From Candidatus Hodarchaeum mangrovi (GTDB lineage: Archaea; Asgardarchaeota; Heimdallarchaeia; Hodarchaeales; Hodarchaeaceae), in contig JAEOUE010000254.1 of the NCBI GenBank assembly GCA_016839515.1, positions 1 to 64,000 of the forward strand: DNA of 64,000 nt, given 5' to 3'. Position 1 is the first letter of the stretch. Each line of letters begins with the position of its first letter. Made by a program: the position numbers and the translations under genes. Shown one piece after another: positions 60,721-64,000 of the stretch. The notes beneath the pieces are model-generated. The model had not been told where the DNA came from. It saw only the letters and a program-made list of their open reading frames with translations, and did not search any database.

Positions 60721-60748
60721 GTTATATCACTATTTGTGACAATATAAC
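60721..60748. promoter_or_regulatory. Imperfect inverted repeat upstream of the hgcA-like gene; candidate operator
   Basis: GTTATATCAC-TATTT-GTGACAATATAAC, about 70 bp before the ATG at 60821. Confidence 0.35.
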
Positions 60749-60820
60749 TTAGGATCAAGTATACTCAAGCAGTTAACATCCATTGGAGATATATAGTATA
60801 ACACCAATGAATCATATATT

Positions 60821-62482
60821 ATGAGTCTTCTCTATATGAAAGTTCTTGAAAAATCTCCTGACCAGTATGATAAAGAATTTCAAAAATTATTTCCAGAAAG
60901 CGCAGAAATATATGAATTAATATTAAAGACAATCGGGAAAACGGGAAAAGTGCTGGAGGTTGGGAGTGGAACAGGAAAACTAGCGATTCAATTGAATAAA
61001 CTTGGATTAGATGTTACTGCTGTCGATACCTCGAAAGATATGATTGATTTTGCCTTAAAAGAAGTTCAATTAAATAATATAGATGTTAAATTTATTCTGG
61101 GAGACTTTACTTCTCATATTATTTATCAGCAACTAGAAACAGAAGGACCATTTGATTTTATTATTTCTACCTTTGTCTTATCAGAACTCACACCTCTTAA
61201 ACAAATACTCTTCCTTAAACAAATATTTAATCTCTTATCCCCAAAAGGACAAATTTTTATTGCAGCAGAAACATTTCCGAAGACAAGATTTGCGAAATAT
61301 TTCTATAAACTAAAAATAGGTATTCTTAATCAAATTAATATTTTTCGTGAAGGGTATAGTACTTATCCTATCCTTGACTTCAAGAAAAGATTAGAATATT
61401 GGTTTCAAGGTGACTTTTTACTGGAAAAAAGGAATATTCAATTATATAATGGAACAAAAAAAGATTCTGAACCTGAAATTACACCTTTACTTTCTTTAGA
61501 AAGTCAACTGGGACGATTTCGATGGTTAAAAGTATTTTATTGTATTCTTAATGGAGTTTTAACCCGTAAAAGTATTAAACCAGGTTTATATAAAGTCGGG
61601 AATCCAAATAACCAATCTCCATTGTTGGTTACCTCAAATTACTATTGGACCGCTTCAACAGTCTCTAAAACTTTACAAAACTTTCAAATTGACTGTTATG
61701 TACTCGTTGCAGATACCAAAGGAATTAATGTTTGGTGTGCTGCTGGAGGAGGTCATTTTACCCATCATAGTATTATCGATGCACTCAGACTCTTTGATGT
61801 GGATAAATTTCTGACCCATAAAGAAATTGTTATTCCTCAACTTGCAGCAACAGGAGTTGATAGAAAAGAAATAACAAAATTCAAATGGGAACCAAAATTT
61901 GGACCAATAAGTATTAAAGAAATCCATAATTATCTGATTAATGGTCGAAAAAAATATCCTTCCCAATCCAAAATTAGATTTGATATTGTTAACAGAACAT
62001 TTATGGGAACTCAACATACAATATTTCTATTAATAATGTATTTTCTCCCAATTTTCTTATTAACTGGATTTCTGGGTTTTTTAGGATTGGATCGATCATT
62101 CTTTTGGTTTAATGTGTCGTTTCAAGGTGCTATTATTGCATTATCCCAAAGTCAATTTTTTGCTTGGTTTTACCCCCTTTTCAATTATACACGATCCTTT
62201 TTCATTAAAGGACTTACTTTTGGAACAATTTCTAGCGTAGGAATCTTGTTTCTCATGACTGGTTTAAAAACCTCATATAACCTCTCCACCATTATTTTCT
62301 GGTTTCTGCTTATAATGCTCCTTGGTCTGCTCGTAAGTTTGGATTTTGCTGGACAAACACCCTATTCAAATCATTTAGAAGTCGAAGCTGATTTGATATT
62401 GTTTCTTTTACCAGCGATTCTCATAATAATCTTTTTAATAACAATGTTGATATTATTTCCTCCTATTACGCTATTATTTTAA
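60821..62482 (+). CDS. Fusion of a class I SAM methyltransferase with an HgcA-like corrinoid-binding domain and TM domain
   Basis: VLEVGSGTG (SAM motif I); PGLYKVGNP..SPLLVTSNY, DTKGINVWCAAGGG (cap helix), IPQLAATGV, FGP; about 5 TMs with DFAGQTPYS. Confidence 0.85.
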   Translation: MSLLYMKVLEKSPDQYDKEFQKLFPESAEIYELILKTIGKTGKVLEVGSGTGKLAIQLNKLGLDVTAVDTSKDMIDFALKEVQLNNIDVKFILGDFTSHIIYQQLETEGPFDFIISTFVLSELTPLKQILFLKQIFNLLSPKGQIFIAAETFPKTRFAKYFYKLKIGILNQINIFREGYSTYPILDFKKRLEYWFQGDFLLEKRNIQLYNGTKKDSEPEITPLLSLESQLGRFRWLKVFYCILNGVLTRKSIKPGLYKVGNPNNQSPLLVTSNYYWTASTVSKTLQNFQIDCYVLVADTKGINVWCAAGGGHFTHHSIIDALRLFDVDKFLTHKEIVIPQLAATGVDRKEITKFKWEPKFGPISIKEIHNYLINGRKKYPSQSKIRFDIVNRTFMGTQHTIFLLIMYFLPIFLLTGFLGFLGLDRSFFWFNVSFQGAIIALSQSQFFAWFYPLFNYTRSFFIKGLTFGTISSVGILFLMTGLKTSYNLSTIIFWFLLIMLLGLLVSLDFAGQTPYSNHLEVEADLILFLLPAILIIIFLITMLILFPPITLLF

Positions 62483-62487
62483 GAAAG

Positions 62488-62766
62488 GTGTATATAGTGA
62501 CTGCTAAAATCTTTCAAGAAAAATGCATCGGATGTACATGGTGTGTTGAGGTCTGTCCTCATCAAATAATAATTATTTCAAAAGAAAATAATAAAGCTGA
62601 GATTATAAATGCAAAATTCTGCATAGAATGTGGAGCCTGTGCATTACAATGCCCTGTTGAGGCAATTCGCTCTCATCCTATAGGTTGTGGATGTATAGGT
62701 GGAGTATTAAGAAAAAAGATTAATAAAATTTTACGAAAAGAAAACCCTAAATCTTGTTGTAATTAA
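62488..62766 (+). CDS. HgcB-like 2[4Fe-4S] ferredoxin
   Basis: CIGCTWCVEVCPH, CIECGACALQCP, IGCGC, C-terminal SCC. Confidence 0.85.
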   Translation: MYIVTAKIFQEKCIGCTWCVEVCPHQIIIISKENNKAEIINAKFCIECGACALQCPVEAIRSHPIGCGCIGGVLRKKINKILRKENPKSCCN

Positions 62767-62788
62767 TTATCCAAAGAGGGAAATTATA

Positions 62789-63784
62789 ATGGAATACAAA
62801 CTATTAGGAAAGACTGGTATTCGAGTTAGTCGAATTTGTTTAGGAATGATGTCTTTTGGCGATCCCAATATATCTAAATGGACCTTGGGGATTGAAGAAG
62901 CAAAATCAATAATTTTGAAAGCAATCGATTTAGGAATTAATTTTTTTGACACAGCAAATGTCTATTCTGCTGGGAAATCAGAGGAAATAACTGGTGAGAT
63001 CTTAAAGGATTATAGAGATGAAGTTGTGATTGCTACTAAAGTCTTTTTCCCCTTAAGTGGCTATAGTCGTGATCCCGAACCAAAACCAAACACTAATGGA
63101 CTCTCACGCTATCATATTAGACAAGCAATCCGTGATTCGCTAAAAAGGCTACAAACTGATCACGTTGATTTATATCAAATTCATCGGTTGGATCCATCTT
63201 TACCAATTGAAGAGATTCTCATATCACTTAATCATCTAATTCAACAAGGAAAAGTCCTTCATATAGGAGCCAGCTCGATGTTTGCATGGCAGTTTACAAA
63301 AAGTCTCTGGATGGCAGAAAAATACAATTTGGAACCGTTTAAAACAATGCAAAACCATTACAACCTTTTATATAGAGAAGAAGAACGAGAAATGATTCCA
63401 TTGTGTCAAGACCAAGATATTGGTCTTATTCCTTGGAGTCCCCTTGCCCGAGGATTCTTAGCTGGTAAATATCAACGTGAAGAAGAAGAGACATCAAATC
63501 GAAGTAAATATGATCGTTATTTAAAGCTGAGATATTTCAAAAAGGAAGACTTTGATATTGTTGACCGAGTTGTTGAAATCGCAAAAGAAAAAGACGTTGA
63601 ACCTGCTCAAATTGCTTTAGCATGGCATTTTAGTAAAGATTATATTACTGCACCTATTTTAGGTGCAACCAATATCAGCCATGTCGAAGATGCTGTAGAA
63701 GCGTTACAAATTAAACTTACAGACTATGATATTGTACGTTTAGAAGAGCTCTATAAACCTCAACTGATCAGTGGTCATTCCTAA
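62789..63784 (+). CDS. Aldo/keto reductase
   Basis: CLGMMSFG, FDTANVYS.G.SE, IATKV, DLYQIHR, PWSPLARG. Confidence 0.93.
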   Translation: MEYKLLGKTGIRVSRICLGMMSFGDPNISKWTLGIEEAKSIILKAIDLGINFFDTANVYSAGKSEEITGEILKDYRDEVVIATKVFFPLSGYSRDPEPKPNTNGLSRYHIRQAIRDSLKRLQTDHVDLYQIHRLDPSLPIEEILISLNHLIQQGKVLHIGASSMFAWQFTKSLWMAEKYNLEPFKTMQNHYNLLYREEEREMIPLCQDQDIGLIPWSPLARGFLAGKYQREEEETSNRSKYDRYLKLRYFKKEDFDIVDRVVEIAKEKDVEPAQIALAWHFSKDYITAPILGATNISHVEDAVEALQIKLTDYDIVRLEELYKPQLISGHS

Positions 63785-63870
63785 GAATTATCTCTAATAA
63801 AATTATCTTTAAATGAAAAAATACTGAATCTTTTTATTAGGTAGGATTCAGTGAAGAGGCTAAAACTGAT

Positions 63871-64000
63871 TTGGAAGAAGAACAATTTCATATACACACA
63901 ACACGTTTATTCGCTGTGTTTGTAATGATGATTGCAGCTTTTTTCTGGGGTACAACATATATAATAGTAAAAATCGGTCTTTCCTATCTTGATCCTCCTC
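63871..64000 (+). CDS. EamA/DMT family transporter, N-terminal part (runs off window end)
   Basis: Manual translation from TTG at 63871: ...FAVFVMMIAAFFWGTTYIIVKIGLSYLDPP. Confidence 0.75.
   Translation, partial: MEEEQFHIHTTRLFAVFVMMIAAFFWGTTYIIVKIGLSYLDPP

Noticed and set aside
60821-62482. Assigning the symbol hgcA, or calling it a Wood-Ljungdahl CFeSP subunit
   Set aside because: The cap motif is NVWCAAGG rather than ...GK and an extra domain is fused, so Hg methylation is unproven; the TM domain and HgcB-like neighbour argue against CFeSP
9666-62952. Other nested ORFs from the track (e.g. 9666-, 20262-, 24391+, 25439+, 26314+, 29697-, 40382+, 41796+, 53057+, 57630+, 59494-, 61673-, 62767-)
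   Set aside because: They lie within or opposite confidently called CDSs and have no independent coding signal
1-64000. CRISPR arrays, rRNA/tRNA genes, IS elements, prophage
   Set aside because: I saw no regularly spaced repeats, GC-rich structured RNA blocks, transposase, integrase or capsid motifs by eye

Overview
AT-rich (~30% GC by eye), gene-dense archaeal window. Three intact Rab-like small GTPases, several longin-like proteins and a candidate ESCRT-III-like protein suggest an Asgard archaeon (inference; possibly Heimdallarchaeia-like). I saw no rRNA, tRNA, CRISPR array or transposase. Most genes are metabolic or housekeeping (NhaA, threonine aldolase, DppA, AOR, thymidine kinase, heterodimeric ABC exporter, ZIP, SDRs). 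Two things stand out. (1) A dispersed membrane-to-small-GTPase signalling toolkit: a 1609-aa surface protein (Ig-like repeats, one TM helix, cytoplasmic longin-like domain) heading an operon with two Rab-like GTPases, a 7TM-longin fusion, a tandem-longin protein, and a longin protein paired with a Rab-fold pseudo-GTPase lacking all G motifs. (2) A class I SAM methyltransferase fused to an HgcA-like corrinoid/membrane protein, followed by an HgcB-like ferredoxin. I also found an ABC exporter with a probable CTG start, a frameshifted NUDIX pseudogene, a higher-GC two-gene islet and a choline-transporter-like protein. All family calls come from reading motifs, not from database searches.
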